Source: Pseudobdellovibrionaceae bacterium
Lineage (GTDB): Bacteria; Bdellovibrionota; Bdellovibrionia; Bdellovibrionales; Bdellovibrionaceae
Assembly (NCBI GenBank): GCA_039810425.1
Contig: JBDHWW010000021.1
Span: 1 to 60,064 of the forward strand
Length of the DNA: 60,064 nucleotides
Direction of reading: 5' to 3'
Positions within the stretch are counted from its first letter, which is position 1. The number at the start of each line of letters is the position of its first letter. The notes beneath the pieces were generated by a model. It made no database searches. It was not told the DNA's origin and was given only the letters and a program-made list of their open reading frames with translations. This document shows, in pieces, positions 8,704 to 17,689 of this stretch. A program made the position numbers and the translations under genes.

Positions 8704-9441
8704 ATGACAAAAATTCTTTCACTCGTTTTTGTTTCTGCTTTGGCACTGAATGCACAAGCGGCTGACAAAGATGCAAAATACTACACTCTTGCAAAAGTAA
8801 AAATGACCGACGTGACTGAGCAGTACGCAGCTAAAAATCATCAGTTGGCGCAGGTGGGTCTCTATGAAGACTGCAACCAAACACCAGACAACGTTAAGCC
8901 CTTCGACAACACACCTCCGGGCGTCAGCTTGGATCCGCTTGATCAAGCAAACATCATTCTCGATAAAATCATTAACCTCGGTAAAAAAGTTTGGGCTCTG
9001 GTTGAGACAGGCCGCCCGGTTGTGAACATTACCACTTACACAGCCAATGCTCTTCCTGCAGGCTTGAAATGTTGGTCTGATTTGTCTGGCTGGCAAATTC
9101 CTCAATCTAAAGTTTACCGCGTACAATACGAAAATGCTTACGGCATGGACGTCGTTGATTTCGCTTACCGCGTGACTTTCACAGCGGGCGGCAATTTGAA
9201 CGGTCACGGTAAATTCATTACTAACGCGACGATCGCTCCGGCTGACTTAAACGTTTCTTGGGGCTTCAACCTCACTGCAAACGCGGAAGTTCCTAGCGTA
9301 TTCAACATGGGCACTAAAGAAGATCCATTAGCTGGTATGCAAATGTTGATGAAATGGAACATCAAGACTGTTATGAGCCATGTAGAACAAGCAGAGACTT
9401 TCTACGTCGGCGGCGACAACACGATGAAGCACTTGGAATAG
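8704..9441 (+). CDS. Secreted hypothetical protein
   Basis: Signal ALNAQA; AGGGGG SD; own terminator; codon usage looks like a highly expressed gene. Confidence 0.8.
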   Translation: MTKILSLVFVSALALNAQAADKDAKYYTLAKVKMTDVTEQYAAKNHQLAQVGLYEDCNQTPDNVKPFDNTPPGVSLDPLDQANIILDKIINLGKKVWALVETGRPVVNITTYTANALPAGLKCWSDLSGWQIPQSKVYRVQYENAYGMDVVDFAYRVTFTAGGNLNGHGKFITNATIAPADLNVSWGFNLTANAEVPSVFNMGTKEDPLAGMQMLMKWNIKTVMSHVEQAETFYVGGDNTMKHLE

Positions 9442-9494
9442 TCATCTACTGTCCAGTGCCTTGTTTCGAAAGTCCGGGCTTTGCCCGTACGATG

Positions 9495-9531
9495 ACCCAC
9501 ATCTTTCATTGAGATGTGGGTTTTGTTTTTT
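9495..9531 (+). terminator. Rho-independent terminator
   Basis: ACCCACATCT-loop-AGATGTGGGT followed by TTTGTTTTTT. Confidence 0.85.
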
Positions 9532-9557
9532 AAGGCGGAGTTTTGGGGGCAGGCTCT

Positions 9558-10190
9558 CTACAGAGCCTTCTTGATATTGTCGCTTTTTTCTTTGAGCTGT
9601 TTTTCAACTGCCAGCAATTCGTCGAGACGGTTCTCGAGAGATTCGAGGAGCGTCTCCATATTTGATTGCGGGTCGATCGTGTAGTTTTGCAGTTCATCGC
9701 CCAAGAGCAAACGAATGTGCGAGTAAGATTCTCGCAACTTTGCCATGATGTCGCGCATTTGGCGACGGGTCTTTAAAATGCGATTCTCTGTCATCATCTC
9801 ATCAATGCAGGCTAGGATTTGCGGGATCTCTGCTGGTTTCTCCAACACGCGCATGACGCCACAGCCGACGGCGGTCATGAGGTTCTTTTTGTCGAGATAG
9901 CCTGAGAGCAAAATGGACGGGAACTGGAAGCCCTTTTGGTGAGCTCGCTCGATCAATTGCAGGCCGCTCATTTTTGGCATTTTTAAGTCTGTGATCAGGA
10001 CTTCGAAAGGGCATTCTTCATGGAATTCGATGAACTTAAGAAGTTCCTCTGGCTGGTTGAAGGTCAGCACGTTGTAGTGCTCCGACAAAATAGCGGCGTA
10101 CACATCCGTGATATCTTTTTCGTCATCACAAAAAGCGATCGTTGGCTTTTCATTGTCGTTGATTAGCAATCCCTTCATAGATGAACCCAC
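9558..10190 (-). CDS. Response regulator (REC domain + C-terminal coiled coil)
   Basis: FCDDE, ITDLKMPKMSG, LLSG, LEKP; no DNA-binding domain recognised. Confidence 0.88.
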   Translation of the reverse strand: MGSSMKGLLINDNEKPTIAFCDDEKDITDVYAAILSEHYNVLTFNQPEELLKFIEFHEECPFEVLITDLKMPKMSGLQLIERAHQKGFQFPSILLSGYLDKKNLMTAVGCGVMRVLEKPAEIPQILACIDEMMTENRILKTRRQMRDIMAKLRESYSHIRLLLGDELQNYTIDPQSNMETLLESLENRLDELLAVEKQLKEKSDNIKKAL

Positions 10191-10384
10191 ACCCTTGTTC
10201 CTTACATTTCTTTTCGGTTAGGGTGAAACACGGCCACAATCAATTTATCTTAACGATCCCGTCCCAGAAGTGATCAAACTTTGGTCGGCCTTGCACTCCT
10301 TACAAGTCTTTGGTTTTCGTCACGTTATTAAACACCCCCCCCCCAGTTGGCCCTGGGTTTGCTTTGGTTCTGAACTTCGAAGCC

Positions 10385-11230
10385 ATGAAAAACTATGTGA
10401 AATGGGCCCTTGGGGTTCTTACAGTTCTGCTTGTGTCTGGGGGTTGTCAAAGGAACAAAACCGAGCCGGTTCACGATCCTTTGGATACGAATTACAAACT
10501 GATCGATAAGGGCGATTACGATGGGGCCATCCGTGAGCTGCAAAGGCTTTCCCTTGCAGACCCGCGCCCTGCGGTGAAGGTCGCCTTGGCATCGGCCTAT
10601 GCCGCCCGTGGGGGAATTCGGGTTGAGAACTATTGGGGTTTCGTGATCGGCTTTGATGCTCCCTTGGTCCCGCCAGATTCCATTCCGGAAAATGCCACCG
10701 TAGAAAGCCTGCAGAAAATTGCAAAGCAAGCTAGGGGCGATATCGACCCGCGAGACTTGAACGCCCTCGGCGGCATCGTTAAGTCGCTGTCGGTCTGGGA
10801 GCGCTACAAAGACCGTGTCGATGCGATTCCAGTGGTGTCGGGTGCGGCCCTTGCGGATGTGCAGGTCGCGGCTGAAACTTTGAAGGCGGTGCAAACTCCG
10901 GGTGGACGACTGTATCGTGCGATTTTAAATTTGATACTTTTTAAGTCATATATCACGGCTTCGCAAGCCTTGTGGGATCAGTTCAATGCGGTGATTGGAG
11001 AGCTGCTTGCGGGCCACATCGAAGTACTTTGCAAGTTTGATTTTGAGAAAATTCTGAATTGGCTCAATCCGATCACCTATCACCTGACAGAGGCGCTGGA
11101 TGATCTGATCATAGCTTATCCGGATGAGCGTAAGGATCTCGAAGACGCGCGCAATCTTGTTCAGGCCATTTATGGTATCACGCAACAAGCAGTGAATGAA
11201 CTCCGTAAGAAACGGATGTGCCGGTCGTGA
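10385..11230 (+). CDS. Helical (TPR-like) lipoprotein
   Basis: ATG 10385 with lipobox VSGG-C; GDYDGAIREL...LASAYAARGG is TPR-like. Confidence 0.75.
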   Translation: MKNYVKWALGVLTVLLVSGGCQRNKTEPVHDPLDTNYKLIDKGDYDGAIRELQRLSLADPRPAVKVALASAYAARGGIRVENYWGFVIGFDAPLVPPDSIPENATVESLQKIAKQARGDIDPRDLNALGGIVKSLSVWERYKDRVDAIPVVSGAALADVQVAAETLKAVQTPGGRLYRAILNLILFKSYITASQALWDQFNAVIGELLAGHIEVLCKFDFEKILNWLNPITYHLTEALDDLIIAYPDERKDLEDARNLVQAIYGITQQAVNELRKKRMCRS

Positions 11231-12276
11231 AAATCCTCGTATTGTTTTTAGTTCTGCTGGGTATGCCGGCGCGGGCTTTTGAGGTGCCGCGCTCGATTGC
11301 TTTGGGAAACTCGGATTTTACCAGTCGCACGCTGAGCTATGCATGTTTCGGGATGGATGCGCTCATTGAGGGCCTGCCTTGCAATCCCGCAGTCACCGCG
11401 AAAGAACGCCGCAGTCATTTCCAAACTCAGTTCTTTTTCGGCAATAATGTTTCCTATGTCCATGAAGTGACAAAGCTGCTGGATGGCACTGGAGACCCTG
11501 CCACTGTTGAAAAGCTCTTCAGTCAAAAAGCAAGTGCTGAAGCTGAAGCCAATGTCCAAGCCAGCTACTTGCATGAAACCTGGGGCGTGCAGTTTGCACC
11601 GTATCGTCTTTATTACTATGCTTTGATCCGCAACTCCGCGTTGCCGGTCGTGACTCTTTACGCGGGCCAAGAGCAGACGCTCTCGGCGCAAGTTGCCAGC
11701 TTTGCCGGCGAAAATGGCAAAGACAATTGGTTTTGGGGCTTGCAGCTTCGCGGCGTTGATCGCAGATTTATCTTAAGTGAATTCACTTTGACTGATGCGC
11801 TGGCGTCAGGCGGCTCGCAGTACTTTGAAACCAAGAATCAGCGGGCCCTCTATCTCGAGCCGGGTTTGTTGTACGAGTTTGCCGACAAGAGCTGGCGGCC
11901 GCAACTGGGGCTGGCAATCAAGAACTCGGGCTTCGTTGATAAAAAGTTTGATGAGCTTCCGGCAAGCCCTGACTGGAACTTTGCGGGCTCTGTTCGTCCG
12001 CCGGTGGCATACGGAGAATTAGAGCTCGGCCTGAATTTGCGCGTGAATTCCTATACTGAAGAATTCAAAGATCTGCCCCACGTGGGCCTCTCCTACAAAC
12101 TTGGAGCAATGCAGGGGCTGGCGAGCTATTCTGATCGTGAGTACTCGCTGGGTTTTGTTTTGCATTACGATGACTGGAATGGCGGCCTGACTTACTGGCG
12201 TAAGAAGTACGAAAACCTTCTCGGTGATCAGGATCAGTTGCAGACCGTGTATCTTGAGCTGGGGTTCATCATATGA
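11218..12276 (+). CDS. Outer-membrane beta-barrel, FadL/PorV/TraF-like
   Basis: Signal PARA, N-terminal PRSIALGN...NPA plug-like motif, beta pattern, C-terminal YLELGFII. Confidence 0.65.
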   Translation: MPVVKILVLFLVLLGMPARAFEVPRSIALGNSDFTSRTLSYACFGMDALIEGLPCNPAVTAKERRSHFQTQFFFGNNVSYVHEVTKLLDGTGDPATVEKLFSQKASAEAEANVQASYLHETWGVQFAPYRLYYYALIRNSALPVVTLYAGQEQTLSAQVASFAGENGKDNWFWGLQLRGVDRRFILSEFTLTDALASGGSQYFETKNQRALYLEPGLLYEFADKSWRPQLGLAIKNSGFVDKKFDELPASPDWNFAGSVRPPVAYGELELGLNLRVNSYTEEFKDLPHVGLSYKLGAMQGLASYSDREYSLGFVLHYDDWNGGLTYWRKKYENLLGDQDQLQTVYLELGFII

Positions 12277-12836
12277 AAAAGCCTTTGCTGATTTTCATAA
12301 TGATGTTCTTTGCGGCGGCGGTGGCTTGCGCGGAGGACGCCGCCCCCGATTACGGGGGCCCCGTGCAGTGGACCTCTTTTCAGGCTTACATGAAAGAGCG
12401 CCAAGAGGAGGACCGCGTTCGCGGCATGAGCTACATGGCCAGTGGCGCCATCGCGACCGTGGGTGGAATTGCCGGTTATTACAACTCTGAGGATTCATTC
12501 AGTCGCGGAATCTACGCCATCGCTCAATCGGTAGGGGTGGCGGCCATCGGTTATGGCGCGACCAGCTACTGGAATGGCAACGAGTACAATTCGTTCTTTT
12601 ACGCTGTCGAAGGAGCGCATCTCACCTCAGGTCAGAAGGCCGAGCTGCTTCAGAGATTTCTCGAGAGGGAAAAAGAAGAGCGCCGCCGGTCGCGTTGGAT
12701 CAAGGTGGCCACACACGCTTTAATCGCCGTGGCGAACCTTTCCAGCGCTTCTCACGAGCAAGATCGTAACGTGCGTGGCGTCCTGAATTTTCTGGCGGGC
12801 ACGAATGCCGTGCTCGCGTTTTCGTACGCTTTTTAG
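12273..12836 (+). CDS. Exported/membrane hypothetical protein with Gly/Ala-rich helices
   Basis: ATGA overlap with the previous gene; signal peptide; glycine-zipper-like helices. Confidence 0.7.
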   Translation: MKKPLLIFIMMFFAAAVACAEDAAPDYGGPVQWTSFQAYMKERQEEDRVRGMSYMASGAIATVGGIAGYYNSEDSFSRGIYAIAQSVGVAAIGYGATSYWNGNEYNSFFYAVEGAHLTSGQKAELLQRFLEREKEERRRSRWIKVATHALIAVANLSSASHEQDRNVRGVLNFLAGTNAVLAFSYAF

Positions 12837-12872
12837 GTCATCTCAGATTGAGATTTCGCCCCCAAAAATCAT

Positions 12873-12899
12873 TCAGTTTTAGTTAAAATCCGCCGATCT
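12873..12899 (+). promoter_or_regulatory. sigma28-type promoter of lemA
   Basis: TCAG-N15-GCCGATCT. Confidence 0.55.
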
Positions 12900-12922
12900 A
12901 ATTGAGGCCAAGGGGGCCAACT

Positions 12923-13483
12923 ATGTTCGTTGCAGTTTTTGCCGGAATCGTCGTTCTCGTCATTCTACTAATGGGCGTGTCCGTCTACAACGGACTTATC
13001 AGCCAAAAGAACCAAATAGACCGTGCATGGGCAAATATCGAAGTTATTCTCAAGCAACGCTTTGACGAAATCCCGCAGCTTATCGAGGTGATCGAGCAGT
13101 ATGCATCGTACGAGCAAAGTACATTGAAAAAAGTTATCGAGGCGCGGAATCACTATTCGACGGCAAACTCCATTGATTCTAAAATCGCCGCGTCGAATGA
13201 AATATCGATGGCACTCAAAGGCGTGGTCGCCTTAGGTGAGGCCTACCCGGAACTGAAAGCCAATCAGTCTTTTGTCCAATTGCAAGGCCGCGTGTCTGAA
13301 CTCGAAGGCCTGATCGCAGATCGGCGTGAGTTCTTCAATGAAACAGTGACAAATTTTAACACGCGTATTGCGCAGATTCCGGATATGTTCTTTGCAGGCT
13401 TGCTCGGCTATTCCGAAAAGCCGATGTATCACCCCCCGGCGGCTGAAACAACTCGGCCTTCACTTAAAATGAACATCGGGTAA
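12923..13483 (+). CDS. lemA: LemA family protein
   Basis: N-terminal TM, YNGLI, AWANIEVILKQRFDEIPQL, EAYPELKANQSF, RREFFNE. Confidence 0.93.
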   Translation: MFVAVFAGIVVLVILLMGVSVYNGLISQKNQIDRAWANIEVILKQRFDEIPQLIEVIEQYASYEQSTLKKVIEARNHYSTANSIDSKIAASNEISMALKGVVALGEAYPELKANQSFVQLQGRVSELEGLIADRREFFNETVTNFNTRIAQIPDMFFAGLLGYSEKPMYHPPAAETTRPSLKMNIG

Positions 13484-13486
13484 CCC

Positions 13487-14434
13487 ATGGACTTCATCGA
13501 AGCGACGCGAAATCAACAAGAAGTTTTTAAAGTCGCGCTGACCCTGATGCTCCTTGGGGGCGGAAGTGTCGTATTTGGCTTTAAGAAATTTCTATCGAAG
13601 CGGAAAATAGAAGAGACGGCTCGCAGTAAAATCTCCTCAGCCGCGCAAGGACTGGTCGAAGTCGAAGGCCAGGCGTGGCCGACGATTGCGCGTAAATGCC
13701 TGGATGGACGACCTGTTTGTTTTTGGGGTATTCGGGTGCAAGAGTACCGGCGAAGCGGTAAGAGTTCGTCATGGCACACGGTCTATAGTTATTCGACCTC
13801 TGACGAGGTTCTTGTACTCGATGAAAGCGGGGCGTGTCTGGTGTGTCCGCAGCAAGCGCAACTCGAGATTACCGAGCGAACGATTCCTCGAAGCAAGATG
13901 TCGTCCGTCCAAATGGAGTTTCTTGTGGCGGCGGCTCCGATGACGGCACGCTATTTTAGTGGGGGCGCCGGTTTCTGGAACTCATTCACCGGCGGCAATA
14001 TTCGTGTGGTCGAAACAAAGCTTTTAGCTGGCGGTCCGGTCTATGTGCGCGGCGATTTTCGCACCAATATCGATCAAACCCACGCGGTGGCGGTCGGAGA
14101 TATTACTTCGTATTCGGGGCAGCTCAAGAAAATGGGCTCAACAGCGTATCAACGGGTGATGTTTGATGCCAATCGTGACAATAAACTTTCAGAAGATGAG
14201 TTGATCAACGGCTATTCAGCTGCGGCCAATGCGTTCCTACGCGTTGGTGGGGTTCAGTCGGTGAAAATCAGTGGCAAGATCACGGCTGACTCCGAGCATG
14301 GGCTTATTTTGGCCGACATCTATCAGGGTTATTTGGTGAAGCGCGCCGCCTTTGTTTCGATGGCGGGGGTTTGGGGCGGCCTGGCGCTTGTCGGAGTGGG
14401 GTTGTTTATTTTCTTTAAGCAGATCGGTCTCTAG
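13487..14434 (+). CDS. GIDE-domain membrane protein with an EF-hand loop (LemA partner)
   Basis: SKISSAAQGLVEVEG, LDESGACLV, DANRDNKLSEDE loop, N- and C-terminal TMs. Confidence 0.75.
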   Translation: MDFIEATRNQQEVFKVALTLMLLGGGSVVFGFKKFLSKRKIEETARSKISSAAQGLVEVEGQAWPTIARKCLDGRPVCFWGIRVQEYRRSGKSSSWHTVYSYSTSDEVLVLDESGACLVCPQQAQLEITERTIPRSKMSSVQMEFLVAAAPMTARYFSGGAGFWNSFTGGNIRVVETKLLAGGPVYVRGDFRTNIDQTHAVAVGDITSYSGQLKKMGSTAYQRVMFDANRDNKLSEDELINGYSAAANAFLRVGGVQSVKISGKITADSEHGLILADIYQGYLVKRAAFVSMAGVWGGLALVGVGLFIFFKQIGL

Positions 14435-15213
14435 AAGAAGATCTTCAATCCGCTGCGGATTCCGGTACGAGTGTCGTCGGTGGGAGCGCCATTCGGAGTT
14501 GAATTTTGGAGCTCTTTGTACCAAGTCCCAAACACGCGGAAATTTTTAAAGTCGATGAAGGCTCCGGCTTCGGTTAAATTGCCTTTGACTTCGCCAAGAG
14601 TCCCATCGGTCATCGGCATATAGAAGCGATAGAGCGCATCAAAACCAAATTGCTTGATCACATACATTTGCAGACTGGCCTGGGCGAATTGTTGACGGAT
14701 CGTCAACTGAGGGTTGGCCTCGGTGTGTGTCCGCATTCCATAGTGCAAGGTCAGATAAGAGCCCTGGATGGAGCTGCCGAGCAGGCGTAGATTGAAAAGG
14801 CCGCTCAGGTCGTTAAAGCCCTCTTGGGAGTTGTTCTCATACTCCGCGGTGAGCCCCACGAACTGGGCATAGGCCGAAAAAGTGCCCTGGTAAGATGTGT
14901 ACTTGTTCGTTGTTCCAACGGCCGCCGAGCTTTCCTGGTTGTAGCTGTTGTATGAGATGCCAAGCATCAATTCATATGGAGACGGGGAGTTCATCGAAAG
15001 CCACATATCCATCATGTTGTTGCGGTCTTTTTGCGTGAGCCATTCCTGCAAGGTCCAGCGCTGAGACTGGCGCCGTTCGGACCTTTGCAGAAAGTCACCA
15101 CTGCTGCCGCCGCCACCTCTTCCGCTTCCCGATCCGGCCGCGAAAGCCATGGAGGCAAAAGACAATAGTATCAAAATGAGGATGTGATTGAAACGTTTCA
15201 TAAAATCCTCCAT
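14431..15213 (-). CDS. Putative outer-membrane beta-barrel protein
   Basis: Signal AFA, Gly linker, beta strands, C-terminal GLKIFF. Start probably 15201. Confidence 0.75.
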   Translation of the reverse strand: MEDFMKRFNHILILILLSFASMAFAAGSGSGRGGGGSSGDFLQRSERRQSQRWTLQEWLTQKDRNNMMDMWLSMNSPSPYELMLGISYNSYNQESSAAVGTTNKYTSYQGTFSAYAQFVGLTAEYENNSQEGFNDLSGLFNLRLLGSSIQGSYLTLHYGMRTHTEANPQLTIRQQFAQASLQMYVIKQFGFDALYRFYMPMTDGTLGEVKGNLTEAGAFIDFKNFRVFGTWYKELQNSTPNGAPTDDTRTGIRSGLKIFF

Positions 15214-15286
15214 TTTTAATTTTGCTCTTTGGGGGGAGTTAGGTCTAAGATTTTATCTGTTCGTCCAAGATTGAGACTGAGGTTGT

Positions 15287-16348
15287 ATGTACGTCCATGA
15301 TTTGAATCCATTTGCTATACAGTTTTCCGAAAATTTCGGCATTCGTTGGTATGGATTGTCATACATGCTCGGGTTCATCTGCGCGTACTTACTGATTCGC
15401 TGGTTGACGTACCGTCAGCGCGCGGGTTTGAGTCCGAGCATGGTCGGTGATTTTATTACCTACGTTGCGATCGGCACTCTGGTTGGGGGTCGCTTAGGCT
15501 ATGTGCTTTTCTATGCGCCGGATTTATTTTTGAAATTCAAAGGTGATTTCCCGTTCTGGGGAGTCTTGGCGGTGAACGAAGGCGGTATGGCAAGTCACGG
15601 AGGTATGATCGGGATCGTGATTGCCTGTATTCTATTTGCGCGCCGCTATGGCGTGAACTTCCTTTATTTGCTGGATCTTGTCTCGGTGTCGGGACCTATC
15701 GGCGTGTTCTTTGGCCGTATCGCCAACTTTATCAATGGGGAACTCGTGGGCCGGCCGGCTCCTGAGGGGTATCCTCTGGCAGTGAAGTTTCCCCAGGATA
15801 TTTTGAATTGGCCAAGCACGGACTTTGGTAAGTTGAAAACTCTCAGCGATGTGACCGAGAAAGTGAACGTGACTCCGGATCAGTGGATGGGGTTGCTTGA
15901 GAAATTCCAACTCGATACTTTGTCAAAGGCTCAAGTTTACGAAACTTTGCAGAAAATCGTGCTTGAAGTGCAAAAGGGCAATAGCGGTGTGAAAGACGCT
16001 TTAGCGCCATTGCTGACAGCTCGTTATCCGTCGCAACTATTCGCGGCCGCGGGGGAAGGGTTGCTCATATTTTTGGTGCTGTTCTTTCTCTGGCGAAAAG
16101 GCCGCAAGCCGGGGTTTATCGCTGCATCTTTCATTATATTGTATGCATTGGTCAGAATTAGTGATGAGTCCTTCCGCATGCCAGATATCCAGATTGGTTA
16201 TCAGTGGCTGGGGCTCACGCGCGGGCAATGGCTGAGTATCGGCATGTTTGGCATCGGTGTGAGCATGATGTTCTTGTGGATGAGATCGAACTCGCTTAAT
16301 ATTCCAGGTTGGCGCCAAGGGCACAGCATCCGTTTAGGCCGCAAATAG
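15287..16348 (+). CDS. lgt: Prolipoprotein diacylglyceryl transferase
   Basis: IRWYGLSY, GGRLGYVLFY, GGMASHGG, GRIANFINGELVGR, RYPSQL, TRGQWLS; long periplasmic insertion. Confidence 0.96.
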   Translation: MYVHDLNPFAIQFSENFGIRWYGLSYMLGFICAYLLIRWLTYRQRAGLSPSMVGDFITYVAIGTLVGGRLGYVLFYAPDLFLKFKGDFPFWGVLAVNEGGMASHGGMIGIVIACILFARRYGVNFLYLLDLVSVSGPIGVFFGRIANFINGELVGRPAPEGYPLAVKFPQDILNWPSTDFGKLKTLSDVTEKVNVTPDQWMGLLEKFQLDTLSKAQVYETLQKIVLEVQKGNSGVKDALAPLLTARYPSQLFAAAGEGLLIFLVLFFLWRKGRKPGFIAASFIILYALVRISDESFRMPDIQIGYQWLGLTRGQWLSIGMFGIGVSMMFLWMRSNSLNIPGWRQGHSIRLGRK

Positions 16349-16441
16349 CCGCCGCCTCTCCTAACCCATTCTTCGAGCGATCTCACTGCAAACCCGGGGA
16401 ATGGGCGTTCTAAAACAGAGGGTCTGAAACCGCTTCTTAAG

Positions 16442-16557
16442 ATGATCACAAATATATGTATAATCTTATTATGATAATTATTAGACATAATATATCTTAT
16501 TGTATTAACTCAATAATTTATTAAAATATAAATTACTATGATCACAATATTGATCAT
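16442..16557. promoter_or_regulatory. Very AT-rich regulatory tract with a repeated/palindromic operator
   Basis: ATGATCACAA at 16442 and 16538; perfect ATGATCA-N6-TGATCAT at 16538-16557. Confidence 0.55.
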
Positions 16558-16642
16558 TTATGAGTTTTGTGAGATCCTTTTTGTGTAGCCAAATCAAAAG
16601 ATGGGTCGAAGGTTTTTTCAGATTTGCACAAAGGATGGTTTT

Positions 16643-17665
16643 ATGAGCTCGAAATCTGTGAATATGACGTCAGTCATGGGTCTTTTAGTAGCCACGTTGG
16701 TTCTCGGTGCTTGCGGAAAAAAAGCCGATGAAAGTGGCGTTTCTGCTTCGGCAGATGAGTCTGCGTCAGGCGCAGCGGCCAGTGCCGTGGGGGGAGCTTT
16801 GAGTGGTACCAGTTCCAGTGGTTCTCTGGCGATTTACAAAATGCGCGAGCAAGATCCTGTACATGGTTTCTGGATGACGATGGCAAAAGTGATGGAACCT
16901 CAGCCAGCAATGGCGTCAAGTCTTTGCCCTACTTTTGCAACGACAGGGGCTGGGTGTGCAGCGAGCGGCGGCAGTATGTGGTTAACTTATAGTGGTTGTA
17001 CTTTCCAAGGTTATGCAAGTTGGACGGGTGTTCAGAAGATCACCAAATCTTCGGGCGCGGCGGTCTGTGGAAGTTTTCCGTCCGCACCGGCGAGTGGCAC
17101 TCTCTATAGACAATTTGTTTCCACGTCGGGCTCTAATACTCCAGGGTCTGTAAGTTTGGTCGCTGATAACTGGTCAGGTGTCATTGACAACTCTTCGAGC
17201 AACTTGAGCAATTTCGATGGTCAGGGTATCGGGACAATTCAGAACGGTGGCTATGGTGCGGCTGTCAGTTTTAATGCGAGCGGAGTAAGAACAGGTGTGA
17301 CTCTGGCTCATCGAGTGTACGTCACCGGAGTGTTTGATCACTCGGTCTCTGGCAATCTTGCTATTACTGAAGGCAATGGAGCTTCGTCACGGACGATCAG
17401 CGGTCAAGTGACTGTTTACCACAACCGCGCACGTGTGGTCGGCACCTCGACTTTCTCAAATGTTGTGCATGAAGATGTTTGCTGTCTTCCTGTTTCCGGT
17501 ACGATTACGACGACTTTCGCGGCTGGTAGCAACGTAAGTCCAACCGCGCTGGGCAGTCTGTTGGTGGGTAAAACAGAATCATTAACATTCACGGGCTGCG
17601 GAACCGCGACTTACACCTCTTCCAGCGGTGTGGCTTCCGACGTGACTCTGCATCGTTGTTTCTAA
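16643..17665 (+). CDS. Ser/Gly/Thr/Cys-rich lipoprotein (paralog 1)
   Basis: Lipobox LGAC; aligns by eye with 18532..19497; start at 16643 chosen from the AAGGA SD. Confidence 0.85.
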   Translation: MSSKSVNMTSVMGLLVATLVLGACGKKADESGVSASADESASGAAASAVGGALSGTSSSGSLAIYKMREQDPVHGFWMTMAKVMEPQPAMASSLCPTFATTGAGCAASGGSMWLTYSGCTFQGYASWTGVQKITKSSGAAVCGSFPSAPASGTLYRQFVSTSGSNTPGSVSLVADNWSGVIDNSSSNLSNFDGQGIGTIQNGGYGAAVSFNASGVRTGVTLAHRVYVTGVFDHSVSGNLAITEGNGASSRTISGQVTVYHNRARVVGTSTFSNVVHEDVCCLPVSGTITTTFAAGSNVSPTALGSLLVGKTESLTFTGCGTATYTSSSGVASDVTLHRCF

Positions 17666-17689
17666 GGGTAGAACTTGGGGGGAGTGAAC

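Noticed and set aside
16465..16490. Fur-box-like TGATAATTATTAG
   Set aside because: Right arm has three mismatches; such matches are expected by chance in an AT-rich tract.
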